This document shows, piece after piece, positions 1 through 12,910 of a DNA stretch of 64,000 nt. The translations under genes and the position numbers were made by a program. The notes under the pieces are model-generated. The model was not told where the DNA came from, did no database searches, and worked only from the letters and a program-made list of their open reading frames with translations. Source of the stretch: Chrysemys picta bellii. Its lineage: Eukaryota. The stretch covers positions 8,680,001 to 8,744,000 of the forward strand of contig NC_088794.1 in assembly GCF_011386835.1 (NCBI RefSeq), given 5' to 3'. Each line of letters begins with the position of its first letter. The stretch's first letter is position 1.

Positions 1-524
1 GTTTGGCTTGGCCTCTGACACTGTCTGACAGCACCTTAGCCCTGTTCTCAACCCAAGCTCCTACCCCATCCCTGATTTTGCCCCTTCCTTGGCCTATCTC
101 CTTCCTCTGCCTTCAGCTGTTTGACGCTCCTGTGCAATGTGCATCCAGTTTCCGCCCTGCACAGACTGTTCCCCTCCCTCCCCCATGCACCCCAGAGCAG
201 CAGGGAGTCCAGGGAGCATGTTATATGGGCGGAGTAGGGCAGCGGCTTCAGCAGATGTTACTGAGGCTGTTCAGAACCAGCACAGCGGCAAATTCTGATG
301 GGCAGCAGCATTTGTGACAATTAGGTGTCCAGTGGCCCACAGCCCCACGAGCAGCCCCCCCGCCCTGTGTCCAGGAGCTGGGCCCAGGCCCCAGCCTCCA
401 CTCCAGAGTGGGGCTGGGGGCAGCGGTGCAAGAGCAGCCTGAGCCTGAGCCCATGGGACGGGCCTGTCTGTACTGAGCACACACGTTTACAGGAAGACTC
501 ACAGGTAAAACACAGCCATCTGCA

Positions 525-800
525 GACAATGGTCCTGGTTAATGGGAGTCATCAAGATTCCAAACCACCATTAATGGCCCACACTTTGCATAATTGCAAT
601 AGGCCCTCAGAGTTATATTTCATATTTCTAGTCCCAGATACAAGAGTGGTACATTTATACAAATGGGATGATCACACTCAGTAGATTATAAGCTTTGTAA
701 TGATACCTTAGAAGAGACCTTTTGCATGAAGCATATTCCAGTTACATTATATTCACTCATTAGCATATTTTTATAAAACCATATAGACTGCAACGTCACA
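525..800 (-). mobile_element. LTR fragment (5' ~275 bp of the same LTR family as 14619-15772)
   Basis: Reverse complement aligns to 14619-~14885 and starts at the same TGTGACGTTG terminus (plus strand ...tgcaacgtcaca ends at 800). Confidence 0.8.
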
Positions 801-902
801 ATCCCCTGGTCCAGACACTACAGCAGAGAACACTCCCTCTCAAAGGCAGGGAGAGCGGACGTGAGGGCCTGGTTGTAATTGCCAGCTGTGGGAGGGAGCG
901 TG

Positions 903-1060
903 CAGCAGTGGTTAGTGAAGGGGCCTGGAAATAAGGACTGCTGGGTCCCATCCATACTTCTGACACTCAGTGTGACCCTGAGCCAGTAGCTTCCCCTCCC
1001 CAGGCCTGGTTCTCATCAGTGGAGTTGGAGTCGCAGTCCCGACAGCCCAGGGGGGTTGGG
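903..1060 (+). mobile_element. MIR/CORE-like SINE remnant
   Basis: Degenerate pattern gcagtggttag...ctgggtccc...tgtgaccctgagccagtagcttcccctc...gcctggttctcatc; recognised by eye only. Confidence 0.4.
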
Positions 1061-2079
1061 AGGCTCTAGGAAGGTGTGTAAAGTGCTGGGATGTCAGGAT
1101 CCTGGAGGCACTGTCACCCCCGCACTAGGGCAGTGTCCTGCACCCCCTGCTGCTGGCCGAGTTTCTCCGTCCCTTGGCAATAAGACAGATTCTTGTTTTC
1201 ACAGCCAGGCGATCGCTTAGTGTCATCACCCTGCTGGCTGGGCAGGGTAACTCCTCAGGTCACCACCACCCTCTCCAGCCTGCCTTGGGCTTAGAGAGTG
1301 AGGAGAAGGACAAGGGACGACACTGAACATCCTCCATCCATCGCTCCATCACCTAGAGCAAGTGAGTGCCATTAGGGTTCCTTGGTGCCATTCCCTGTCT
1401 GTCTGGGGAGAGGCAGAAAAAGGGGGAGAGAATCTCTCCCAAAGGAGATTGGATTTGCAAACAGCCCCCAGGAGCCCCTCACTCTCAAACCAGGGAGGGG
1501 CTTCTCCAGAGCCGTCTCCAGTGTGTTTGGAAAGGTCCCAGTAATGGGGCTCCCAGCCCTTCCCTTGTGGGAGACTGTCCCCAGGCTGAGAGTCTCTGAG
1601 CTAGGCCAGACCCTGTGAGCTGCTGAGCATGGAAATCAATGGGGAAATTAGGGGGCCCTGGCCTTACTATGCCTAGGGTCTTTGAAGTGGGGAATGGTTT
1701 CCCAGGAGAAACCCGGACTCCTGGGTTCTGTTCCTTCTCTAGCCTGGGCGGGAGGGAGGGGGTGTTGAGTGTGGCCTGGACTGGCAGGAGGGAGCTGCTT
1801 GTCCAAAGTGACTGATGGTCTTTGTGACTGACCCCAGTGCTCAAAAAGGACGAGACTCCCCGGTTCTTGCAGCCCCAGGGATGACGAGGGGGAACATTGA
1901 GGGGGAGCAGATCATGCAATGAATTCCTGCCAGTGGGGGTAGCTTGCCCTCCCTGTACCCCTGTGGGGGGGAGGAGGAGCTGCTCTGGCTGGGGCAGGGA
2001 TGGGGAGGGACCAAACAGGCTGGTTAGTGAGAGGCTGCCTTGACCGCAGACTCACGCCTACTCCCCGCTGGGTTCCAGG

Positions 2080-5000
2080 ATGGCCAGGCTCCTGAGGAAG
2101 AAGGCTCTGCAGGTGGCCCCAGAGCCTGAGGGAAGCAGCTGCCATCTTCTCCAGGAGCAGAGCAGCCCCTCCATCCCTGCTGGCGGGGAAGGAGCTCCCG
2201 GCCGGGCCAGGAGGTGGAAGTGCCGTTCCCAGCGCAGGCACCGAGGTGGGAGAGGCAGTGGCCAGGCCAAAATGGAGCTGGGCCAGGATGTGGCTGGGCA
2301 GGCAGGACCAAGCCCAGGAGTGGAACCGGGCAGGGTGGCTCTGGGGCTTGTTGTGTGGGCAACAGCGGTCCCAGGAGCCCAGCCCTGATTTCTAGCAGGA
2401 GGCATCGCCCTGCCCGGTCACTGAGGAACTTCCAGCCTTCCCAGGGCAGGAGGTGGAGGATCCCTCTCCCAGCACCAGCAGCACGGCCCGCTCTCCATGG
2501 GACAGCAGCAGCGCCTGGGACTCGAGCAGCAGCGTGGCCGATGGACGCTTCTGCTTTGTTCCAGGTGAGGAGCCAGGCTGGGCTCAGGGAGGGTGAGGAG
2601 GGGGCTGTGAACACCCTGGGCCCAGGCCCTCGACCAGTGCTATGGGGGCGGGTTGCTATCCCAGGTTTCTGGCCTGAGCCACGTGAACCCCACTGACACT
2701 AGATGCTGCCACTTTGGTCCTTGGTGCTCCATTGGGCGGGGGGTGGGGGAGGGAGGCACCTCCCAGGGAGTCCAGGACAGTGTGAGGGGTCTCTTTGCTA
2801 TGGGCTCCTGAAGGAGTTGGGGGCTGAAGGCATCACTGAGAGGGGGGAGTGTGGGGCCCGATCGGCCCTAGGTCCAGGAGGTGGGAAGGGGGCACATTGC
2901 CCCACCATGCCCAGGGCCGGCTTTAGGCCGATTCAGCCGATTCGGCTGAATTGGGCCCCGCGCCAAGAGGGCCTCGCGCTGCAGCTCTCCACCCCGCCCC
3001 CAGCTCACTTCCCCCTCCTCCCCTCCCCTGAACGCTCCGCCCCCTCCCCTGCTTCCCACGAATCAGAGATTCGCGGGAAGTCTGAAAAGAAGCAGGGGCG
3101 GGCCGGCAGCACAAGGTAAGCTGGGGTGGTGGGGGCGCGAGAAGGGCTCCGGGGAGGCGCGGCCCGTTCCCGCAGGCCCCAGTGGCTCTGGCCCAGCTTG
3201 GCTCCAGCTCGGCCCCCGCGGCGTGGCCCGGCCCGGCTCCGGCTCGGCCCCCACGGCGCGACCCGGGTCTGGCCCGGCCCGGCCCCTGCGGCGCGGCCCG
3301 GGTTGGCTCCGGCCTGGCCCGGTCCCCGCGGCTCGGGTCGGCTCCGGCCCGGTCCCCGCAGCAAGCCCCGCCCCCAGGAATCGGGCTCCGCTCTTGCTAA
3401 AGCCGGCCCTGACCATGCCCCTGTCCTTCCCCTGAGTGGCAGCAGGAGTCACCCTGTCCCCTTCTCTCCCTGGTGCAGGGACTGCCAGGGACTCAGAGGA
3501 CGAGGAGGAATGGGTAGACGTGGTAACAGAGGAGGCTGCTCTCAAAAACATCTGAGAGCAGCTCCATGGCCGAGAAAAGGTACAAATGTTTCCCAGTTGT
3601 GCTGGAACCGAGATTGTCCTGCCCCTTCCCAGCACCCTGACCCCCGGCAGAGGGTCTTGGCCCTCATGAGCCACCACCCCTAATGGGAACCTTTCTCCTC
3701 CATGATCTGGGACCCCCAAGATGGGGGTGTTTGTCACACACCAGCCGGGGTCTCCTCTCCACACAGGCACTGTCCCAGTTCCTGACCCTGCTTGTGTAGG
3801 AGTTGTGGGTGATTTGGACAATGGGTGGGTCCCCACTATCCCCCATTCAGGCCTAAGTCCTGCAGCTGGTGTGGCTGGGGCAGGGAGGTCCCTGGCTAAC
3901 TGGCTCTCTCTCCCCTAACTGCACTCCTGGTGGGCGCAGGACGAGGCCCAGCAGCTAGTGTTCCTGCACGCCATCCACCCTGCGTGTCTCGCTGCACAGC
4001 AGAGGGGGCAGGACACACTGGAGCCGCACTGCTCCAAGGCAGCTGTGGCGAAGAGGATTGTGATGAGCGAGACATGGCGCCCGGCAGCTGGAGGGTGGAC
4101 AGAGACATAGGAGGGGCAGGGGTCTCCCTGGACTGGTTGGGGGATGGCTGGTGCTGGAGGGCAGCTGAGGGCAGAGATTGCTGGCGCTGAAGATTGGGGA
4201 GAAGACGGGAGAAATAGTGGGCAGGAATCAGAGGAGCGGGAGGCAGGTGGGGGGATCCTGCTGGCTGTGTCGGGTGCTGGCTGTGTAATCTCCTCATTGG
4301 GAAGTGTCAGGCCCAAATTTCACACGCTCCTTTGTCTCCTTTGAGTCTCACAGGAGCTCATTGAGGAGCTTCCTCATGACTCTCCACCCGGCGCCGTCCT
4401 GGCCAACTCCCTCATTGCTGTGGCCAACCTCAGGTACCGAGACCCTCTTGCCCGGTTCCCCTAACCCCAGTGCTGCTCAGGCCCATGGCTGGGAGTCACT
4501 GCCCCTCCCACTCCCAGGGGGGCTCCTCTGGCAGAGGTGGCAGGAAGGTTCACTCCCACTCCTGGCTGCTCTGTTCTTTTCACTCCAGTCACATTGCAAT
4601 GGCTTTGGGGAGAGGCTGACTCCCAGGATCAGATACAGGAGGGGCAGCAGGGTCCAGGGAACAGGCACCATTCCTGCCCTGCCACTGTCTGTCTGGGAAA
4701 CCTTGGCCTTATCATTCCCTGGCTCGGTGCCTCAGTTTCCATTCTCGCCAGCCTCTGCCTATTTTCCTGCAGTTTCACGTCCGTGTCAGTGCCAGTCCCA
4801 GCCCCACACTGCACAGTCTAATACCGGCTCCTCTCTCTTGCCAGCACCATGACACCTGCCCTGGAACCAGAACTGGAGACCCACCTCCTCCGAGCTGCCC
4901 TGCACGCAATCTTCACCCTGGGCACACAGACGGACACCACCCAAGTCCAGGTAGATCAGCTAAATCATGGATTGAAGAGCCAGCTGTCATCCTGCCCGAA

Positions 5001-7743
5001 TCCTTGCTAATTGCCTACAGTGGGATGTGAATGAGAGAGGCCAGGATACGTGTTTGGGGGTCTCACCAGTGCTTCCCAGAGACTCCTCTTCTCATCCTGT
5101 GGCAGGTGTAGCCCCAGTTTTCCTAACTCTGACCCATGACTCTCCCTTGCTTTGCAGGATCTGCAGAGGGTCATACCAGACCTTCTGGACGCCATGCTGG
5201 GGAACCTGCTGGCAAAGACCCCAGACACTGACAAGCTCCACTACATCTTGGAGGTGAGCCCAATGAGAAGGGTGGGGGCAATTTTACCTTAACTCTTAGA
5301 TCCCTTGGGGATGGGGAGGGACTCATTAGCACAACACATGCACCCACCCATCAATCCTGAGCTGCCTCCTTTCCCCACAGCACAATAACTACTGGATTGT
5401 GTCCAGGGTGTCGCGAGAGAGAGCCAGAGTCATGAGGAGCAGCACGACCCTGCTCACATCCACCATCACCCTCCCTGAGTTCGACGGAAGTGGCCTCTGA
5501 GCCCAGCTTCCTGACTCCAGGCGTAGGCGGGCTAGCTCCAACAGCTGTAGGATCTGCTGTGCAGGGGCTGTGGGTTAGGAGTGTTCCTCTTGGGGAGGCA
5601 GAGTCAAAGCAGAGAATAAGCCTGGCTTGAGTCAAGTTCTTCTTATCCTGGTTAAGTGGCAACTCTCGCTTTTAAGGGGACCATGCTCCAGATTTCTGCC
5701 TTCCTGTCATCCTGCAGCAGCTGGGGAAGCAAATCCTCATGGAGGGCCCTGCCCGCATCCCTGTCTTCCAGGCTCCCTTGCGGGCAGAGATAATTAAGGC
5801 TCCAGCTCTAGCTCCTATCCTCTAGCATCTCCTGCAGAGGGGCTGAGGGGAAGGAGAGTCCTGGCCCAGGCGGGGACTGGGAGCTGACAGGAAAATGCTG
5901 ATGGAGTCCCCTTTCCCTCTCCCTTCCATTAGAACTCAGCCGAATTCCCCAGGATGGGTCACCACGTGGCACAGCTGGCTCTGTTCGTCGGTGACCCAGC
6001 CAAGGACATCAGCCGGCAGGACAGGGAGGGGGTTTACTGGCTCTACCAGCTGCTGCTGCACCAGAGGGGTAAGGAACCCAGCTGGGAAATGGCACCCGCT
6101 AGACGATTGAGACTGGGACCCCAGCCAATTTCTCTCAGACTGAGCCCAGCTGGAGGATGAGTCTCTCTCTATCTCTTTATGTGTTCTCCACCACCCCCGC
6201 AATTCTGTTGGGCCGGGCACACAGCGAGGACTCTGCCCACTGTGCAGCCACCAATGGGATTGGAAGGACACAAGCCCTGCAACCAGAATGACAAATGTGT
6301 GTGTGTGTCTCTCTTTCCCAGAGCTGACCATCCACGAAGCCGAAGACCTGTGGGTGTGCGACTGGAACCAGGACAGCAGGCTCCTGGGGTACAAAAACAC
6401 AGCCAGGGTCGGGGAGGTAAAGACACTCTGCCAGGGCATGGCACAGCTCTGGCAGTGTGGGTGGCTGCCTCCTGGAGCCACTCGACGGAGATGCCGTTCT
6501 AGGCCAGGATTTGGAGCCTGGTCCTGGGCAATCTGCTGAAGCCTCACATCCGGTTGGTTTCAGGTCTTTGGCAAATTCTTCTTGGAGGGGCAGAGAAGAT
6601 TCTTCCTCCGGATAGCAGTGCTCGCCATACACAGCCTCCTTCTACATGTCAGCCAGGCTGGGCTGCTCCTCACCTACTCCCTCCTGGGGCAAGCTCAGCA
6701 GCTGATGGGGGACAAGATGAGCAGCTGCATTAGACTCAGGAGATTGGGGCAGGGCCCAGGCCTCCTTCCCATCATATGGCCATTCACTGGCTTGGCAGCA
6801 AGGCGACTGGTGGGGAATGAGAGTAAGAGCAGGTGCTCCTGGGAAGGGAGGTGAATTCACCTCCATGAGCAGGCGGGAGCCAGCTTCTCCCCAGAGCAGC
6901 TCCAGCCCAGCTCTATAGCAAGGCTAATTAATGACAAGCATTGCCTCATCACGGACTTCTGTTCTTGGGAAGGGCAGCAAAGTCCTCTAAGTGCCCTCTG
7001 CGAGCCTCTCCTGTCACCCGAGCCACCACCCAGAGTTGTTCCCATCATTGGCAGCCCGGGAGGCCAAGGACTGACGGGTGATGGCAACTGACCAGGCAGT
7101 TCTGAGGCACATGGGCGGGGGAACTTGTCCTGCTGCCGGCAGGCTGGACCCGCTCTAGAGAGAACGGGAGGATTCAGTCAGCAGGGGCTGCTGATCTGCC
7201 CCATTCACCAGGGCTGCCATCCTGCGGCTTCAGCATTAGTGGCTGGGATGACTTGGGGAAAGGTCTCAACCTCCCCACATCCCACTTCACTGCTGCCAGA
7301 ATCCCTCCTGCCTCCCGCCCCCCCCCCCCCCTGCTAGAGCCTCCTCCCTGCCCAACCTGGGTAGGAGTGGAAGAGAGGGATCTGAGAACTTGAGCTGTGG
7401 GTTGGTGGTGGAACAGCTGTCGGGGGCACTGAGGGGGAGGTGGCAGGAGCTCACCCTACAAGGAGAGGGGGTTGGCACTGGAGGTCACTAGAAAGGACAA
7501 CAAGACTCCATTCTGGGGGTCAGGAGGGGGAATCCATCCCCCAGAGGTGGGCAGGTGCTGGGTGGAAATGCTGTTGGTTCCAGGTGCCCTTAATGCCCCC
7601 TGATTCCGGGGGGGCGTCTGAGTCTCTGACAGGTCCTCGTTCCTTTGCAGCAGGAGGACGTCACGGCCAACATCATGCAACAACTTCACATTATCCAGCA
7701 CTTGCGCCAGGTGCCTGAGGCGCTGCAGGGGCTCTGCCTCTGA
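2080..7743 (+). pseudogene. Maestro HEAT-like repeat (MROH)-like gene, disabled. Exons: 2080-2564, 3479-3579, 3940-4062, 4354-4433, 4845-4950, 5158-5253, 5381-5485, 5933-6068, 6322-6416, 6564-6716, 7651-7743
   Basis: Phase-compatible AG/GT exons translate to helical HEAT-like peptides (DEAQQLVFLHAIHPAC; ELIEELP..LANSLIAVANLS; LLRAALHAIFTLG; DLLDAMLGNLL; RMGHHVAQLALFVGDPAKDISRQDREGVYWLYQLLL; VFGKFF..AGLLLTYSLLG; final exon ending GLCL*). Lesions: frameshift near 2270, TAG near 2393, TGA at 3552, and donors mutated to AT (4063, 6717) and GG (5486). Family call is from recall of reptile MROH-like proteins. Confidence 0.8.
2912..3411. mobile_element. hAT-type MITE in the first MROH intron
   Basis: TIR CAGGGCCGGCTTTAG / CTAAAGCCGGCCCTG; exact 8-bp TSD ACCATGCC at 2904-2911 and 3412-3419; GC-rich interior. 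Confidence 0.92.
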
Positions 7744-7779
7744 GGCCACCAGCAACTCCCGCTCCCTGTAAACGAGGAG

Positions 7780-8790
7780 TGTAGTGAGGCTGAGTGGCCT
7801 CCCTCTGAGCAGGAGAGCAAGGGCCCCCCACACGCCCCTTGGAGGGCGGAGCCTATATTGCCCCGCCCCCCTCGCCTGTAGGACTGTTTTTTGCCTGGCA
7901 ACCAGGGCTTCTAGGAGAGTGTGTTGAGACTGAGTGGCCTCCATCCGAGCGGGAGAGCGAGGGACCCCCTACATGCCCCATTGGAGGGCGGAGCCTATAT
8001 TGCCCCGCCCCCCTCTCCGTAAGGACCGGGGTGTGGCCGGAAGTATAAAAGGCCAGCCCTGCAGCACAGTTGGGGGAGAACCTGCAATAGAGGAGGACGC
8101 TCGGCCTGTTCTCCGAAGGCCCCGAGAGGAACCTGCTCCCGGCTGTTCCCAATCCCCAGGCGTGGACGAGGACTGGCCCAGAGTATCCGCTGCGGTTTAC
8201 CCCGAGGAGCCAGAAGAGGCCTGGAGGCCGCAGGTACCAAACCCCGGGTAGGCAGGAAGTAGCCCAGGGGCAGTCCCGGAGCAGCTGGCTGCAGAGCCCG
8301 GTGTGGCTCAGTCGGTGTGTTGGAGCTGGATCCCTGCCAATGCAGGGGCAGCCAATCCTGCCCCTGCCAGGGCCCTGGGCTGGGACGCAGTGGAGTAGGG
8401 TGGGCCCGTGTCCCCCTGCCACCCCATCCCGGGTGGCTGACCCCCTACACGGCGCAAGGAGGCTCTAGCCCAGGACAGGAGCTCCCTTATCACTCACCTG
8501 GAGGACTGTTTGTTTGCTGGCTGCCTGAGCCCTACTCAGGCTAGAGCCAGCCCTGTCAAGACTGTTTGTTTGTGGGCTGCTTGGGCCCCACCCAGGCCGG
8601 AGCCACTCCTGATAGACTGTATTGAGGGGCTGACCAGTTGAGCGACCCTAGCCCAGGTCGCAGCCTGTTAGCAACAGCTGATCGCCCAGCCCTATTGTGG
8701 GCCCCCGGCTACCCTGCAGACTCTAGTCCGGACCAGACTGGGCCAGCCGGAGTGGCCTCCCTCTGAGCGGGAGAGCAAGGGACCCCTACA
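7780..8790 (+). mobile_element. Solo LTR
   Basis: TGTAG...CTACA termini; 5-bp TSD AGGAG/GGGAG (1 mismatch); TATA-like GGAAGTATAAAAGG near 8040; internal ~140-bp tandem duplication at its start. Confidence 0.75.
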
Positions 8791-9476
8791 GGGAGCTAGT
8801 GGAAGGGGAAATGGAGCCCTCTGGAACTCACAGAAACTCTCTCTCCCCTCTCTGTGGAGCAGGGTCCTTCCCTCTGCCCCCCAAATTCCTTCATCTGGGG
8901 CAGGAGCTCTTTCCCTCACACCCACCCCCCTCCCCCCTTTCCTTGATCTACCCCATCCCATTCCCCTGTGCCCAGGCAGAGCTCTCCCTGCCCCATATGG
9001 TGCAGAAAGGCCCTTGTGTCAGGGCCACAGCTCCAGCCCCACTGAAGCTCGGAAAGCTCCACTTTTGAGGAGGTGGGGGTGGGACAGAGGCTCAGGGCTA
9101 GCTTCACCTCCTGCCCTTTATTCTCCCCTTGGCCCTTCTATGGGGTCTCTGGGTGTGACAGGAATAGGAGCCTCCTTCCCAGCTGTGTTCCAGGCCCTGG
9201 GATCTGGCACAGCTTCCCAGATGGGCGCATCTTGTAACGGAGCCACGTCAGGGAGCAGTGGGGACAGGTCACCTCGTCCCATCCAAGCAAGCAACGCTGG
9301 CTCTCAAAGAGGCTTAGATGGAAGACCCCAATCCCTCATGGAGGTAAGAGCCATTTACTCCTTGGGGCCTGTGGGTCTCTTGGGGAAGAAATGGCATCCC
9401 TGATGCATAGCCTGGCTGGGAGCTTCCCCTGTCCCTGGCTCCCAGCTCTGGGACAGAGATGTCTCCATCATCGTAC

Positions 9477-9991
9477 TGTTGCCAGCACAGAGTGCCCGAG
9501 GACAGCAACAGTGGGGTCTGTTGCCCGGTGTGCGTCACGCCAATAAACACACCAGGGTGGAGAAGCAATCAAAGTTTATTTGAGATCTCAAAGTGGTGCA
9601 AGGAGACAGGCATGTCTCAAATCAAGCACACCAACATAAGCAGCCTTTGTCTTTTATACAGTTTGTAACTAAGCCTTTCCCTTCTTCCCCCGTCCTTTCT
9701 CACCCCCCTCCTCCATTCCCACCTCTCCCCCTTTCTCCCTCTGGTTACATTACACGACCTTGGCTGTGCAGCTTGTTCTCACTGTTTCTTTCTGCAAGTA
9801 ATCTTGTCCTTTAGCTAGAAGCATGTAGGTTTCCCTTATCACTATTGCTTCCCAGGTACTGGCCTGTGAGGTTGGTAAAGTTTAACATGCAGGGGCTTTG
9901 ATTCACTTAGGCCTAGAGCGGGGGGGCTTCATCGACTCTCGGGTCTTCCAACCCCCCGAGTTACCTAGGGTGATGCCTAGTGACACCAACA
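9477..9991 (-). mobile_element. Solo LTR (515 bp)
   Basis: TGTTG...CAACA termini; exact 4-bp TSD GTAC; related to the sequence beginning at 63895. Confidence 0.85.
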
Positions 9992-11049
9992 GTACCACCC
10001 TGGTTTTGTTCCTAGGAAGGGGCTCCCCAAAGACGTCCTCGAATCTGGACTCATGAGAGCGTTTCTGGTAGGAGGCTCCAGCCCCTCGGGCATGAAGAGA
10101 GCATCAGGTAGTCTCGATCACATGGCATCTCTGGTCTCCAGCTCCACTTCCCGCAGCAGGGCAAACAAACCCATCAGCTCCCAGAATCCCAACTCTTTAA
10201 CTTCCTTCCGCTCAGCAGTGAGGTTTCTCCAGCCCCCTCACCACACCTGTCAGCCCCTGAATGATGAAGGGCCTGAATGTCAGAGTTACCAGAACAAGCA
10301 AACTCCAGTTCCAGGCAATGGGGCCTGTGTATACTCAGCCCCCTGGAAACTGGGTCTGAAATGGGGAGCAAGGACCCCAGGCCAATAACAGCAGGAGTGG
10401 GCAGAGCAGGCATGTAACAGGGTGCTTTCCCTTGGGCTGCACAGCCTGGGGCCTAGCCAAGCTGATTATAGAATGAGCCCTAACTGAGAGGCAAAAGGGG
10501 TGAGAGGCCTGTGGGTGCAGGCTGTACAAGCATGCAGCCGGTGACAGCGACGAGATGGCGAGGGATGAAGCTTGGACAAGAATAGTACTTGCCCCTCATG
10601 TGGGCCAGTTTCTAAGGAGGAGCATATATGACAGGGGGGCTTGGCCTGTGGGCAATAAAGCCTGGAGCTAGGTCAAATGGATTACAGAGTGAGCTCCACC
10701 TGAGGGGAAAGCCAGGGAAAACCGCAGCAAAGGTACAGGAGCAGGCCTACCTGTTTGGTACAGGGCCTTGGGGCAGAACCTAGAATCCAGGGTAGGACTG
10801 GTTCTCCCATGGTCTCTAAGGAAGGGGACGTACAAGGCCATAGAAAGGGCTACCAAGGTCAGCAAGGGCAGGCCAAGCCAAAGTCAGGCTGAGGAAAATC
10901 CCAAAGGGACGGAGGACCTTGTTTCGGTTAAAGACATTTTTGGACTTTTCGTTTGGGATGATCGCGACCCAGGAAGGAGCAGGAAAGCTGTGACACCAGG
11001 CCTTGCCAGGAAGGGGCACCTATCGCTTTCACAGACCTTGGGAGGCAGG

Positions 11050-11785
11050 CCAGTCCTCGCCCACAGACAACCTGCCAACCTTAAGCATATTCTCACCAGC
11101 AACCACACACTGCACCATAACAACTCTAACTCAGGAACCAATCCATGCAACAAACCTCGATGCCAACTCTGCCCACATATCCACACCAGCAACACCATCA
11201 CAGGACCTAACCAGATCAGCTACAACATCACCGGTTCATTCACCTGCACGTCCACCAATGTTATATATGCCATCATGTGCCAGCAATGCTATGTACATTG
11301 GCCAAACTGGACAGTCACTACGTAAAAGGATAAATGGACACAAGTCAGATATCAGGAATGGCAATATACAAAAACCTGTAGGAGAATACTTCAACCTCCC
11401 TGGCCACACAATAACAGATGTAAAGGTAGCCATCTTACAGCAATAAAACTTCAGGACCAGACTCCAAAGAGAAACTGCTGAGCTTCAGTTCATTTGCAAA
11501 TTTGACACCATCAGCTCAGGATTAAACAAAGACTGTGAATGGCTATCCAACTACAGAAGCAGTTTCTCCTCCCTTGGTGTTCACACCTCAACTGCTAGCA
11601 GAGGACCTCACCCTCCCTGATTGAACTAACCTCGTTATCTCCAGACTGATTCTTGCCTGCATATTTATACCTGCCCCTGGAAATTTCCATTACATGCATC
11701 CGACAAAGTGGGCATTCACCCACGAAAGCTTATGCTCCAATACATTTGTTAGTCTTAAAGGTGCCACAGAACTCTCTGTTGCTTT
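11050..11785 (+). mobile_element. Penelope-like retroelement 3' fragment (GIY-YIG endonuclease plus 3' repeat with degenerate hammerhead motif)
   Basis: CNKPRCQLCPH...YAIMCQQC / MYIGQTGQSLRKRINGHKSDIRNG..PVGEYFNLPGH, broken by a frameshift and a stop; followed by gcatccgacaaagtgggcattcacccacgaaagcttatgc at 11696-11735. Confidence 0.9.
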
Positions 11786-12289
11786 AACAGGGCTCCCATA
11801 GCAAATGAGGACATTCTCCCATGAGGACCAACTTCCTGGGATTAGAGAGGAGGGGGATAAGAGACTTCTGAAAGAGTGAGGTGGGATTTCCAGCCCTAAA
11901 ATCCCCAATGAGGAGAAGATGAACAAACAGCTCCATTCCCAATTCTCATTGATATAATCATGGGTAACAGGTAATTTACATAATGACCAGAAAACTAACT
12001 TTGATGGCTATCTATGTATCTATTCTATTTATTTATAATTTGCTCATCCCCAAAGGGAGTGGGAGGCTTGCCAGACACCTGGCAAGACACAACAAAGCAA
12101 GCTAAACCATGGTAGGCCAGAATCTCAGCGCAGGAGTTCTGGGATGTTTTTCTGATCTCCAGATCTTCCCATCTCTCTCATGTCTGAGCAGTTCTGAGGA
12201 ATTCATTATGACTCCTCAGGGGAGGGGCTTTCAGGCCCTGAGCCTTCTCTCAGGGTCCTCCTCATTGTGGTCCCAGAGCTCTGCAAATC

Positions 12290-12610
12290 AGGTTTGTTCA
12301 GGAAGACCTATTTTCCATGAAACCATGGTGACTGTCATTGATTCTACTTCCATCCTTGCTTCATTGTTTATTGAATCCCCTACCAACTTTTATACTATTT
12401 TGCTTGGGACTGATATCAGGTTAACCAGCATATAATTTTCCAGGTCATCCCATTTGCAATTTTAAAATATTGGTACATTAGCTCTCTTCCTCTCTGCTGT
12501 AATTTCCCCACCATTTCAAGATTTATCAATAATTAACATCAGCGGTTCGGAGAATGCCTCAGACAACTCTTTTAGAACTCTTGGCTGAAAGCTGGTTATT
12601 TAAAATGTTT
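12290..12610 (-). mobile_element. Old CR1 LINE ORF2 fragment
   Basis: Degenerate CR1-like reverse-transcriptase-region sequence (...ttcccca...tcagcggttcggagaatgcctcagacaactcttttagaactcttgg). Confidence 0.5.
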
Positions 12611-12910
12611 ATCACTATAAGATATTGTTTAAGTCCTCCTTAGTTATCATGTGTCCTAAAGATGAACAGTTCCATACCCCATTACTCCCAGCCTGAGACA
12701 GCAGTGCCTCCTATTTCCCCTCCCACACCCAGCCCTGGGCACTCCCTTCACAGCTGCCCCTTCAGAATCCCCCATAACTATTCTGTCATATCCTGTAGTC
12801 ATCATATTACCCATTTCCTGGTGGGGGCCAGGGCTCTTCTTTGGGGACACAGGGCAGCTTGTATTGGGATCTTGGGTCTTCATCCCATCCCATCCCACCT
12901 TCTCCTGGGA

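Noticed and set aside
3005-3836. Pro/Gly/Arg-rich ORFs and CpG-island-like stretch
   Set aside because: Interior of the GC-rich hAT MITE 2912-3411 plus antisense of an MROH exon.
10053-11040. ORFs 10053-10388 and 10768-11325 as host genes
   Set aside because: No recognisable domain or consistent splice structure; the 3' half of the latter is Penelope sequence.
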